From the IMG/VR virus record IMGVR_UViG_3300042806_000370: 38,011 nucleotides of DNA, one strand, 5' to 3'. Source of the DNA: a virus. The notes beneath the pieces were generated by a model, which worked only from the letters and a program-made list of their open reading frames with translations, made no database searches and was not told the origin of the DNA. Below are positions 1 to 7,957 of this stretch, piece by piece. The translations under genes and the position numbers were made by a program. Each line of letters begins with the position of its first letter. Within the stretch, counting starts at the first letter, position 1.

Positions 1-164
1 GTCGTGGACGAACCCGTGGGGGTTCCCACCCGACCCCCCATCGGCAAGGGGGTTCGGTAGTCCAAGAGGGGATCGGGAGGCAATCCGGTGCAAGCCGGGT
101 CCCTCCCCTTCCCCGAACGGATTGCAAATAAAAATGCAATCTTAACAAAAATAATTTTTCGCAA

Positions 165-200
165 AAACTGTCACGGCGGCGCAAGCCGCCGTGACAGTTT
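165..200. repeat. Cassette palindrome 1 (AAACTGTCACGGCGGC-GCAA-GCCGCCGTGACAGTTT)
   Basis: Perfect 16-bp inverted repeat with 4-nt loop; first of 7 copies with conserved AACTGTCACG/CGTGACAGTT arms. Confidence 0.95.
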
Positions 201-207
201 CCTCAAA

Positions 208-275
208 GTCCGATAACGATTATTTCGTGATTCGTGGGCGGCAATTTGCAAAGCGTTTGAACGCTATGGTATGAT
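208..275 (+). promoter_or_regulatory. Early promoter 1: GTCCGATAACG box, TTGCAA -35, extended -10 TGgTATGAT
   Basis: Box 208-218, -35 246-251, 18-nt spacer, -10 270-275; same layout in 6 cassettes. Confidence 0.85.
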
Positions 276-342
276 GGTCGCATGGCCATACCACTCCGGT
301 ACGGCGAATCAACGCCCCAGTTGGGGCAGAAGGCGAGTAGAT

Positions 343-690
343 ATGAAGAATCACGCACGGGAATCGGCTCTGTGGATCATCTTCACCCGCATCAACGAAA
401 TGCGGAGCGTCGTCGGCATGACCGAAGAGCGCGCCGCGCGCTCCGAGGTGATGGGGGCCATCAGCATGGCCTACCACGTCGGGGCGATCCCGGCGAAGGA
501 GATGGACTACCTCTACGACGTTCTCTTCTCGCAGGAAGAGAAGTACTTCTTCCCCTTCCGCGACGGAGGCTTCCGCGTCTACGACGACGCATGGCGTTCT
601 CGCTACGAGGCGTGGTTGGCTTCCGGTAGGTTGCCGACCGATGCCGAGGCCCTCCCGGAACACATCACGGCACTCGCCGTTGCGGGGTGA
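343..690 (+). CDS. Hypothetical early phage protein (MKNHARES..., 115 aa)
   Basis: ORF downstream of promoter, AGAAGG SD-like element; track start 271 lies inside the -10 box. Confidence 0.8.
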   Translation: MKNHARESALWIIFTRINEMRSVVGMTEERAARSEVMGAISMAYHVGAIPAKEMDYLYDVLFSQEEKYFFPFRDGGFRVYDDAWRSRYEAWLASGRLPTDAEALPEHITALAVAG

Positions 691-702
691 TACCCCGCAC
701 AC

Positions 703-745
703 ACCCCCCACCCCAACCCGGGTGGGGGGTTTATTTTTATTTTTT
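703..745 (+). terminator. Rho-independent terminator, cassette 1
   Basis: ACCCCCCACCC/GGGTGGGGGGT stem followed by T tract. Confidence 0.85.
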
Positions 746-751
746 CGCAGA

Positions 752-786
752 AAACTGTCACGCGCGCTTTGCGCGCGTGACAGTTT
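752..786. repeat. Cassette palindrome 2
   Basis: AAACTGTCACGCGCGC-TTT-GCGCGCGTGACAGTTT. Confidence 0.95.
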
Positions 787-793
787 GCGTAGT

Positions 794-861
794 GTCCCAT
801 AACGATTATTCTACGATTCTTGCGCCGTAGTTTGCAAAGCGTTTGATCGGCATGGTATGAT
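794..861 (+). promoter_or_regulatory. Early promoter 2
   Basis: GTCCCATAACG 794-804, TTGCAA 832-837, TATGAT 856-861. Confidence 0.85.
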
Positions 862-931
862 TGTTGCATAGCCATACCACTCCGGTACGGCACAGTTCTA
901 ACCGCCCCAAGTCAGGGGCAGGAGAGTTTCG

Positions 932-1270
932 ATGGCTCGTAATCTCAATCTGTCGGTTCCCGCTATGCTCGTCAACATGCTTGCCAACGCCGTCCGTGGC
1001 GGTGAGCGCATCAACGCCATCGACATGATGGCGAACCTGCACTTGGTGCAGGACGAGTTGTCCTGCTTCGGCTTCTCTGCCGAGTTCTGGAAGGCTGCGG
1101 CGGCGGCGTACACGCACCGCCTGCCCAAGCGGCCGCGCGGCACTTACGCCGCGCTTCGCCACCGTCTCGATGCCTGCCCCGAGTGGCAGGAGTGGAGCAA
1201 GCGCAGCGCACCGGGTCGCCTCGTCAACGAGGATGGCATCATCATCGCGCCCATGTCGGCGCAGGGCTGA
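932..1270 (+). CDS. Hypothetical early phage protein (112 aa)
   Basis: AGGAGAG SD before ATG; GC3-rich codons. Confidence 0.8.
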   Translation: MARNLNLSVPAMLVNMLANAVRGGERINAIDMMANLHLVQDELSCFGFSAEFWKAAAAAYTHRLPKRPRGTYAALRHRLDACPEWQEWSKRSAPGRLVNEDGIIIAPMSAQG

Positions 1271-1336
1271 TCTTTCACGGTGGATCCCTCCCCTACGGGG
1301 GAGGGTCCACCATACGCACACCAACGGAGTACCACC

Positions 1337-1513
1337 ATGAATCTCGCTCTCGTCGCACTGTCTGCCCTCACCACGGGATTCCTGCTCACTTGGATGGCGT
1401 TGACAACGCCATCCAACCCGATCATCCTGATTATCGGCACGGTTCTCTGCGCCGTGCCGATGGTCCGCGCGCTGGTCCTGACCGCGATGCGGTCGATGGG
1501 CTACCCGCACTGA
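1337..1513 (+). CDS. Small membrane protein, two predicted TM helices (58 aa)
   Basis: GGAG SD; MNLALVALSALTTGFLLTW...PIILIIGTVLCAVPMV. Confidence 0.7.
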   Translation: MNLALVALSALTTGFLLTWMALTTPSNPIILIIGTVLCAVPMVRALVLTAMRSMGYPH

Positions 1514-1555
1514 ACTACATTCTTCGTCGGTGGGTGGTTCCCACACGAAGAATGG

Positions 1556-1585
1556 CCCCCGCCCTAACCAGGCGGGGGTTTATTT
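1556..1585 (+). terminator. Rho-independent terminator, cassette 2
   Basis: CCCCCGCC-CTAACCA-GGCGGGGG plus T tract. Confidence 0.8.
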
Positions 1586-1600
1586 GTAAATTTATCGAAA

Positions 1601-1633
1601 AACTGTCACGCGCGCTTTGCGCGCGTGACAGTT
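1601..1633. repeat. Cassette palindrome 3
   Basis: AACTGTCACGCGCGC-TTT-GCGCGCGTGACAGTT. Confidence 0.95.
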
Positions 1634-1641
1634 CTCGCAGA

Positions 1642-1709
1642 GTCCGATAACGGCAATATCACGATTCTCGCGCGGCAGTTTGCAAAGCGTTTGAACGGCG
1701 TGGTATGAT
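1642..1709 (+). promoter_or_regulatory. Early promoter 3
   Basis: GTCCGATAACG 1642, TTGCAA 1680-1685, TATGAT 1704-1709. Confidence 0.85.
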
Positions 1710-1764
1710 CGTTTCATCGCCAAGCCATTCCGGCAAGGCACACACACGAAAGGAAAGTGGTCAC

Positions 1765-2097
1765 ATGACCAACAACGAAACCGTTATGCGTGAGGGGATC
1801 AGCGTTCTCCTCAAGTCCTCCCGCACCTACTTCGATGCGTTCAACGAGATGCACATGAAGGGCGCGGACACCTGCCGCTCCGTTCTCTCCACCGTGAAGT
1901 CGATCCTCGACTTCGCCGACACCATCGCGGATCCCAAGGGTCAGGAAGATCTGATCCGCCTCTGCGGCCAGTTGCAGCGCGATCTGCTGCCTCTCGCCCA
2001 AGCAGGTCTGGATACCGGGCTGCGCGTCGATACTGCCTGTGACAACATGGCAGAGTTCTACGAACAGAACCATGAGGTTCTGGACACCATTCGCTGA
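1765..2097 (+). CDS. Hypothetical helical early protein (110 aa)
   Basis: GAAAGGA SD upstream of ATG 1765. Confidence 0.8.
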   Translation: MTNNETVMREGISVLLKSSRTYFDAFNEMHMKGADTCRSVLSTVKSILDFADTIADPKGQEDLIRLCGQLQRDLLPLAQAGLDTGLRVDTACDNMAEFYEQNHEVLDTIR

Positions 2098-2157
2098 TTC
2101 GTGTGTGGGAGGGGGGATGTTCCCCCCTCCCTCTTTCACTCCAACAGAAGGAACATC

Positions 2158-2544
2158 ATGGATCCTGTCATCGGCATCGTGATCAATGTGAACGGCAACA
2201 TCGATCTGCTCAAGTTCTCCAACATCCAGGGCTATCAGGAAACCGTCGGCGGCTACTTCGAATGCCTCGGGTTCGGCCCGAACCACCGCGCGCTCGTCAA
2301 CGATTCCGGGTGGTCTGACGGCCTCCCGGCCAATCCGCTTGCCACCCTGCTGTGGAAGCACTACAGCGGCGATGAGCGCGCGTGGTCGGTCGATGATCAG
2401 TTGTACGGCCCGGTGATCATCGTCGGCAAGATCAACCCCGTCACCCTTGAGGATGACGGCGGGGATTACGCTCCCAGCGCGGAAATTTGGTTCACGGCAA
2501 TGATGTTGAAGGCCGTGCGCCTACCCACCGATCTGCACTTCTGA
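2158..2544 (+). CDS. DUF3846-like protein
   Basis: YQETVGGYFE, VNDSG..GLPANPLAT and D.LYGPVIIVG match my recollection of the family pattern; GAAGGA SD. Confidence 0.7.
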   Translation: MDPVIGIVINVNGNIDLLKFSNIQGYQETVGGYFECLGFGPNHRALVNDSGWSDGLPANPLATLLWKHYSGDERAWSVDDQLYGPVIIVGKINPVTLEDDGGDYAPSAEIWFTAMMLKAVRLPTDLHF

Positions 2545-2555
2545 CACGCAACCGC

Positions 2556-2591
2556 AAACCCACCACCCCTAACCGGGTGGTGGGTTTATTT
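2556..2591 (+). terminator. Rho-independent terminator, cassette 3
   Basis: AAACCCACCACCC-CTAACC-GGGTGGTGGGTTT plus T tract. Confidence 0.85.
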
Positions 2592-2606
2592 GTAAATTTA
2601 CCAAAA

Positions 2607-2639
2607 AACTGTCACGGCAGCAAAGCTGCCGTGACAGTT
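2607..2639. repeat. Cassette palindrome 4
   Basis: AACTGTCACGGCAGC-AAA-GCTGCCGTGACAGTT. Confidence 0.95.
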
Positions 2640-2647
2640 CTGCCACC

Positions 2648-2715
2648 GTCCGATAACGACTATTTCGTGATTCTCGCGTGGTGGTTTGCAAAGCGTTTGA
2701 TCGGCGTGGTATGAT
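2648..2715 (+). promoter_or_regulatory. Early promoter 4
   Basis: GTCCGATAACG 2648, TTGCAA 2686-2691, TATGAT 2710-2715. Confidence 0.85.
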
Positions 2716-2761
2716 TGTGACATCGAAACGGCCCCACATGGGGCAGAAAGGAACGAGGCTT

Positions 2762-3040
2762 ATGAAAGTTGTGTTGACCGCGAAATCGTCATGTGATTGT
2801 TGCCACGGCAAGGGCTACTTTGTCGAGAGTCATGGAGATGCTTTCTCCCCAGGGGAGGACATGGTCTGTGATTGTCCCTTTGAGGACGCAACGGACGATC
2901 AGATTGCCGCGATGGAAAGCGGCGTGTCTTGGGTGATTCTTCCCGATCCCTCCTGTGAGCAGGAAGATGTGGATGAGTACGATTGGGATGACGATTGCTT
3001 CGACTGTGATTCGGAACCGGACTACGATTTCCCTCTCTGA
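2762..3040 (+). CDS. Small zinc-finger-like protein with acidic tail (92 aa)
   Basis: CDCCHGKG...CDC motif; D/E-rich C-terminus; GAAAGGA/GAGG SD. Confidence 0.7.
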   Translation: MKVVLTAKSSCDCCHGKGYFVESHGDAFSPGEDMVCDCPFEDATDDQIAAMESGVSWVILPDPSCEQEDVDEYDWDDDCFDCDSEPDYDFPL

Positions 3041-3052
3041 AAAGGAAACGAA

Positions 3053-3451
3053 ATGCACACCGATGACATTCAGACCGTGTTTGATATGTTGACCGAGGTT
3101 CGTGAATCGGGCATCAACAAGATCGTGCGCGAGGAGAACTGTGATCGCTTCGCGGCTACCGTGAAGTGGGACACCCACCTCGCCCCGTTGGTTACCGACC
3201 GCGAGAAGTTCGCGCTGATCGGTATTCATCTTCCTGCGGATTTCGTTCCGCAGAACGATGCCGAAGCGATGTCGTTCAACGACCGCGTGTTCGCCGCGTA
3301 CAAGATGTGGGGGGACGAAGTGATCGCGTATGATCACCTGTCTCCCACCGACCTGACTCGCGTTCTTCAGATGGTGTTGGATGACAAGGTTCACCTTGTT
3401 CCTCCCACCAAGGACTGTACGCAGTACATCGACTTGGCGTTCTCCAAGTAA
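3053..3451 (+). CDS. Hypothetical protein (132 aa)
   Basis: AAAGGA SD, operon position. Confidence 0.8.
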   Translation: MHTDDIQTVFDMLTEVRESGINKIVREENCDRFAATVKWDTHLAPLVTDREKFALIGIHLPADFVPQNDAEAMSFNDRVFAAYKMWGDEVIAYDHLSPTDLTRVLQMVLDDKVHLVPPTKDCTQYIDLAFSK

Positions 3452-3523
3452 TCCACCGTTTCGTTCCACTCCCCTGCCACCCTAATCAGGTGGCAGGGGA
3501 GACTTCTGACAAGAAAGGCCACA

Positions 3524-3829
3524 ATGAGTTACCAGAAGTTTTACGATCCCACCGACATCAACAACAAGGTTCGGTGGTATTCACACAACCACGGAGTGAG
3601 GTTCACGTTCGACAACGGCTATTCTGTTTCAATCATTCCGGGATCGGATGGCGACTGCATGGAATGCGCCATCTTCAATCCTTCGGGTGAGATGGAAACC
3701 GACGAACACGGATTCGAATTCATCATGATGCAGCCGGATCGGTTGTCCTCGCTCCTCGCTGATGTTCAATCCCGAACAGACCAGAACGAGATTTTCGGTC
3801 TGAAGCCAACGGACACCTTCACCGACTGA
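3524..3829 (+). CDS. Hypothetical phage protein (FTFDNGYSVSII motif)
   Basis: GAAAGG SD; F.F.NGY.vSvi pattern recalled from small phage proteins. Confidence 0.75.
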   Translation: MSYQKFYDPTDINNKVRWYSHNHGVRFTFDNGYSVSIIPGSDGDCMECAIFNPSGEMETDEHGFEFIMMQPDRLSSLLADVQSRTDQNEIFGLKPTDTFTD

Positions 3830-3832
3830 ATG

Positions 3833-3863
3833 AAAAGCCACCCCTAACGGGGTGGTTTTTTTT
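3833..3863 (+). terminator. Rho-independent terminator, cassette 4
   Basis: GCCACCCC-TAAC-GGGGTGGT plus T tract. Confidence 0.85.
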
Positions 3864-3879
3864 GTGTTTTTTTCTCAAA

Positions 3880-3912
3880 AACTGTCACGCGCGCTTTGCG
3901 CGCGTGACAGTT
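3880..3912. repeat. Cassette palindrome 5
   Basis: AACTGTCACGCGCGC-TTT-GCGCGCGTGACAGTT. Confidence 0.95.
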
Positions 3913-3941
3913 CTCAACGGTGTTCAATAACTTCTGAAAGC

Positions 3942-4010
3942 GTCCCATAACGACAAAGTTTCAGTTTCTCTGCCGTAGGTTTGCAAAGCGATTGATCGAC
4001 CTGATATGAT
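3942..4010 (+). promoter_or_regulatory. Early promoter 5
   Basis: GTCCCATAACG 3942, TTGCAA 3981-3986, TGaTATGAT with -10 at 4005-4010. Confidence 0.85.
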
Positions 4011-4058
4011 GGTGACATACCAAACCGCTCCCCAAGTGGAGCAGAAAGTGAGTTAGCA

Positions 4059-5060
4059 TTGGGACACATGATTACTGCCTCTGATAGCGTTGCCATCTAC
4101 AAGTCCAAGGGATGGCACGGCCTTGCGTTGGATCTCAATGAGTACCCGTCGCCTAGCGCGGCCCGTGACATCGTTGCCCCGTGGGATGCGATTGCCAGCA
4201 CCGACATGGCGATCACTCTTCCTACCGGGGATGTGGTCAACACCGATCAGTTCAAGGTTGTCGTTCGTTCTGACAACTTCGAAGTGCTCGGGCTGCACAG
4301 CCATAAGTACAGCCCGGTTCCGGTCGGTGATTTCTTCGACCTGTGCTACGAATTCGGTGCGGCAAATGTCGTGAAGGTTGACTCTGCCGGAACGCTCAAG
4401 GGTGGCAAGGTTCTCTTCTGTTCGCTCAAGGGCGATACGGTTGAGATTGGCACTCGCGGCGACACTAGCACGGGGTATCTGCTCCTGTCCCAGGCTTACG
4501 ACGGAACCATGCCCCTGCGTGGTGATGTCGCAGCCGAACGGACTGTGTGCAACAATACGCTGATGATGAATCACCTTGCGAGTAACTGCGGATTCTCCAT
4601 CCGTCACACTCGCAAGATGGATTCGCGCATGGAAAGCATTCGCCAGTCCATTCAGCGTTGGAAGGATGGGTTCGATGTCAGCGTCAAGGCTGCAAATAAC
4701 CTTGCCATCGCCCCAGTCCGCACCCGTGCGGAGGTCGAAGAGTTCTTCCTGCGGTCGCTTGAGTCGATGTACGGGGTTCTCCCGTCGCCCAACACGAAGG
4801 ACAAGCGTGAGCAGAACACGCTCGTTTGGGCCTCCAACTCTCTCGCGGAGATTGGTGAGTTCTGGAACCGCGAAGAGGCGCAGTTTGGGGCCAATTGGTG
4901 GACTGCGGCGAACGCAGTCACGGCCTACTTGCAGCACAGCGATGAGGCCACTCGCCTTGGCACGAACAGCGAATCCCGCCTGTTCTCTGACATCTACGGT
5001 CAGCAGGGTGAGCGCAAGGGCATGGTGATGAACCTTGCCCAGTCCTACGCTCTCGCCTAA
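4059..5060 (+). CDS. DUF932 (TIGR03299-like phage/plasmid) protein
   Basis: WHGL, AGTLKGGK, YLLLSQAYDG, RTVCNNTL and IRHT motifs; start TTG 4059 or ATG 4068. Confidence 0.85.
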   Translation: MGHMITASDSVAIYKSKGWHGLALDLNEYPSPSAARDIVAPWDAIASTDMAITLPTGDVVNTDQFKVVVRSDNFEVLGLHSHKYSPVPVGDFFDLCYEFGAANVVKVDSAGTLKGGKVLFCSLKGDTVEIGTRGDTSTGYLLLSQAYDGTMPLRGDVAAERTVCNNTLMMNHLASNCGFSIRHTRKMDSRMESIRQSIQRWKDGFDVSVKAANNLAIAPVRTRAEVEEFFLRSLESMYGVLPSPNTKDKREQNTLVWASNSLAEIGEFWNREEAQFGANWWTAANAVTAYLQHSDEATRLGTNSESRLFSDIYGQQGERKGMVMNLAQSYALA

Positions 5061-5076
5061 TCGTTCGGCTTCTTCG

Positions 5077-5111
5077 ACCCACCACCCCTAACGGGGTGGT
5101 GGGTTTCTTTT
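5077..5111 (+). terminator. Rho-independent terminator, cassette 5
   Basis: ACCCACCACCCC-TAAC-GGGGTGGTGGGT plus T tract. Confidence 0.85.
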
Positions 5112-5126
5112 GTAAATTTATCGAAA

Positions 5127-5159
5127 AACTGTCACGGCAGCTTTGCTGCCGTGACAGTT
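5127..5159. repeat. Cassette palindrome 6
   Basis: AACTGTCACGGCAGC-TTT-GCTGCCGTGACAGTT. Confidence 0.95.
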
Positions 5160-5198
5160 CTCACACCCACCCGATCATTTACTTCTGATTCTTGCAGA

Positions 5199-5266
5199 GT
5201 CCCATAACGGCAATTTGCAGAAATGCGACCGTAGGTTTGCAAAGCGTGATGCCGTCGTGGTATGAT
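5199..5266 (+). promoter_or_regulatory. Early promoter 6
   Basis: GTCCCATAACG 5199, TTGCAA 5237-5242, TATGAT 5261-5266. Confidence 0.85.
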
Positions 5267-5302
5267 CTGCGTATGGCAACAGCCATGAAAGGAATGACAA
5301 GT

Positions 5303-5599
5303 ATGGAACCCCGAAAGATCACAGGCACTTATCTTCGTAACTTGCTCAATGAAGGTCGCATCGTTTGCCTTACCTTCATCAAGAGCGATGGTAGTGAGCG
5401 CGACATTCGTTGCACTACCAACCCTTCCCTCATTGACAAGGATCGTCGCGTCAAGGGACTTCGTAAGTCCGCTGACCATCTGATTCCTGTCTTCGATCTT
5501 GAGAAGAAGGAGTGGAGGTCTATTGACGAGGAGACTGACATCGAACTGTTCTCTTCTGAACTCCCCACTCTGTTCGATACGATTGGAGTGAAGGAATGA
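5303..5599 (+). CDS. WYL_2 / SH3 beta-barrel (DUF2693-like) protein
   Basis: LTFIKSDGSER..CT and VFDLEKKEWRS signature; GAAAGGA SD. Confidence 0.8.
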   Translation: MEPRKITGTYLRNLLNEGRIVCLTFIKSDGSERDIRCTTNPSLIDKDRRVKGLRKSADHLIPVFDLEKKEWRSIDEETDIELFSSELPTLFDTIGVKE

Positions 5600-5838
5600 A
5601 AGCAGTAAACATTCGGATTCTTGTCACTCAACAGATTGAAGAGAATTACTTTGCAATTGTTGAGGACAACGATCCGATTCTGACCAAGACTCCCATGACG
5701 CTTGACGCAGGGGATGTCTTTCAAGATTCTCGGTTTCGTTTGTGCGACACCGATGTAAGGCGTATCATGCACACCGACCTAGACTCCATCGATGTGGTGG
5801 AGTGGACTCCCGCAGATGAATTGGAGCAGCGACGATGA
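5596..5838 (+). CDS. Hypothetical protein (80 aa)
   Basis: ATGA overlap with previous gene, GGAG SD. Confidence 0.7.
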   Translation: MKAVNIRILVTQQIEENYFAIVEDNDPILTKTPMTLDAGDVFQDSRFRLCDTDVRRIMHTDLDSIDVVEWTPADELEQRR

Positions 5839-6149
5839 CACCCGAACAACAAATCGAAATTCTTCGCAAGGCCGGGTTCTTTCAGAATGGCGATGACGCT
5901 GTGAGCCTCATTGCCGCATTTGAATCGCTTCAGGGAGAGATCGACTCCCTGAACGAAAAGATTCAGGCTCTCCGAGCCGTGGCGTACTACGATGGTCAGA
6001 AGTTCCCTTGGGAACACCCCACTCTGATCAAGGTTGGCGAACAGCGCAAGGACTACTTGCTGTTCATCGACCCCGATGATCTGTCCGATGCAGAGTATGC
6101 CGAGGCGTATGGCGACGATGAAACCCCCAACAAGGAAGGTGCAGATTGA
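5835..6149 (+). CDS. Hypothetical coiled-coil/acidic protein (104 aa)
   Basis: ATGA overlap, GGAG SD. Confidence 0.75.
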   Translation: MTPEQQIEILRKAGFFQNGDDAVSLIAAFESLQGEIDSLNEKIQALRAVAYYDGQKFPWEHPTLIKVGEQRKDYLLFIDPDDLSDAEYAEAYGDDETPNKEGAD

Positions 6150-6328
6150 AAGAAAAAGAAAAGAATCGTTTGTTCGTTGCAATTCTTTCTGTCGAGGATT
6201 TGCAAAGCGATGTCACCAACGGTTATGTTAGTGCCAAGGACATCGTAGGTCGCCTTGAAGAGATTCACTCGACCCTGTGTACCCTGATTCCCGAACCATC
6301 CATCACCAACCCAGCCAAGGAAAACTGA
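6146..6328 (+). CDS. Hypothetical protein (60 aa, TTG start)
   Basis: TTGA overlap, GAAGGT SD, fills the operon gap. Confidence 0.55.
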   Translation: MKEKEKNRLFVAILSVEDLQSDVTNGYVSAKDIVGRLEEIHSTLCTLIPEPSITNPAKEN

Positions 6329-6475
6329 ATGTTCTACGACGATTACGAAGATTTCGATGTTCCGTACTACAACTATCCCGATTTCGATTCGGATTGGGCG
6401 CAAGAAGTATATTGCGACAATTTCGATGATGACATCTGTTTCGATGATGACACCGAAATGTTCTTCGAAGACTGA
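6329..6475 (+). CDS. Very acidic/aromatic 48-aa peptide (not in ORF track)
   Basis: AAGGA SD; MFYDDYEDFDVPYYNYPDFDSDWAQEVYCDNFDDDICFDDDTEMFFED. Confidence 0.7.
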   Translation: MFYDDYEDFDVPYYNYPDFDSDWAQEVYCDNFDDDICFDDDTEMFFED

Positions 6476-6504
6476 TTTCCACTTTCAAACAAAAGGACAA
6501 GACA

Positions 6505-7134
6505 ATGCCAAACTGGTGCTCAAACACTCTCTCAATCAACGGCCCCCAAGAAGCCATCGACCGTTTCCATGCTGACCGTAAGGCAGCACTTACGGCCAAG
6601 GACTGCGACTTCGATCAGGTCATCACCTTCAATCAGGTGCTTCCCCTGCCCAAGGAGTTGCTGAACTCGACCAAGGAATACTCCCGGATGACCGAGGAGC
6701 AGATTCGTGCGACCGCGTTCGCAAACAACTGGTCTGATGAGACTCTTCAGGATAATCTGAAGCACGCTCTGACCCCGGAGATGATCGCTGAATCGAATCG
6801 TTTGATTCAGAAGTACGGCCACGACAACTGGTACGACTGGTGTATCGCCAACTGGGATACCAAGTGGGATGCTGTTCGCTCCCACATCGATGAGGACGGT
6901 GCAAACATTCACTTTGAAACGGCATGGAGTCCGCCGACCAAGGTGATTCGGGAACTGGCATCGGCCTACCCGGAACTCAAGTTCATCCATTCGTATTCCC
7001 TTGAGGGGGAGAACGGGGACTGGGAGTTTACCTACTTCACCGAGGACGATACCCTCATGGTGTCGTGGGAGTACACCGCGATGAGTGGTGAGGCAATTCC
7101 TGCCGACGAACTTGACGAACACACGATCCCGTGA
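6505..7134 (+). CDS. YubB/DUF1281 ferredoxin-like domain protein
   Basis: MPNWCSN, NWYDWCIANWDTKWD and FETAWSPP motifs. Confidence 0.85.
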   Translation: MPNWCSNTLSINGPQEAIDRFHADRKAALTAKDCDFDQVITFNQVLPLPKELLNSTKEYSRMTEEQIRATAFANNWSDETLQDNLKHALTPEMIAESNRLIQKYGHDNWYDWCIANWDTKWDAVRSHIDEDGANIHFETAWSPPTKVIRELASAYPELKFIHSYSLEGENGDWEFTYFTEDDTLMVSWEYTAMSGEAIPADELDEHTIP

Positions 7135-7199
7135 TATACTGGTAGGTGGGGGAGGGGGTGTTCCCCTCCCCCAAGGTTTCAAACAAAAAGGACAAGACA

Positions 7200-7451
7200 A
7201 TGACAACTGCTCCGATCCAACTTGGCATCGACCGCAACAACCCCGACCGATGCTTCATCACCGTTCCGTGCGACATTGCTTACATGAAGTCGCAGAGGGA
7301 AGTTCTGTATGCGATGGTCAACGCAGATTCGGCGTTGACTCCCAATGAGAAGCAGCAGATGCTGCACCTCGTTGGGTTCCTCGACCACTTCATCCACGGC
7401 GTGTACTCCGTCACGGCGGAATACCACACCGCCAACCGTAGCCGCTACTGA
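7200..7451 (+). CDS. Hypothetical protein (83 aa)
   Basis: AAAAGGACAAGACAATG leader as before the 6505 gene. Confidence 0.75.
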   Translation: MTTAPIQLGIDRNNPDRCFITVPCDIAYMKSQREVLYAMVNADSALTPNEKQQMLHLVGFLDHFIHGVYSVTAEYHTANRSRY

Positions 7452-7474
7452 ACCAAACAAAAAGGACAAAAAAA

Positions 7475-7957
7475 ATGACATTCATCCGCGAAGAATCCGC
7501 TTTCGTTCTTCCCCTCCCCAAGTCCCCGATCATCTGCAACACAGATGGCAGGGGGTACTGGTCGTGTGAAGCCCGTGCTGTTCGGGTCAACAAGGTGGTG
7601 CTTTCGATCCACCGTGCCGAAGTGAACCTGTACCAATACCATCCCGTTCTCTATGTGAATGTGGATGCCTACTTCCCCAAGAGTTCTTGGGACACCAATG
7701 AGCACGGTCTGATCTACACGGACAGGCTGTGGCTCAAGGAGTTCAACAAAGCCATGAAGGGAATCAATCGCCTTCTGTTTAGTTCGGGGATCTACTACAC
7801 AGAGCAGGGAATGCAGGAACGGGATTATGTGTCCATGTCGATGACCCTGACCTCGTTCCCGCAGATCAAGCGGTTCGATTGTGGTCTTACCAAGATCAAG
7901 AACCTGAAGTGGTTGAAGGATGAGCAGACCATCTTCGGTGGGGGGTGTTGCCGATGA
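7475..7957 (+). CDS. Hypothetical phage protein (160 aa)
   Basis: TDGRGYWS, GLIYTD and YTEQGMQ..DYVS motifs; AAAGGA SD. Confidence 0.8.
   Translation: MTFIREESAFVLPLPKSPIICNTDGRGYWSCEARAVRVNKVVLSIHRAEVNLYQYHPVLYVNVDAYFPKSSWDTNEHGLIYTDRLWLKEFNKAMKGINRLLFSSGIYYTEQGMQERDYVSMSMTLTSFPQIKRFDCGLTKIKNLKWLKDEQTIFGGGCCR

Noticed and set aside
751-761. Pho box (AAAACTGTCAC resembles a PhoB half-site)
   Set aside because: Pho boxes are 11-bp direct repeats overlapping the -35; these are inverted and lie well upstream.
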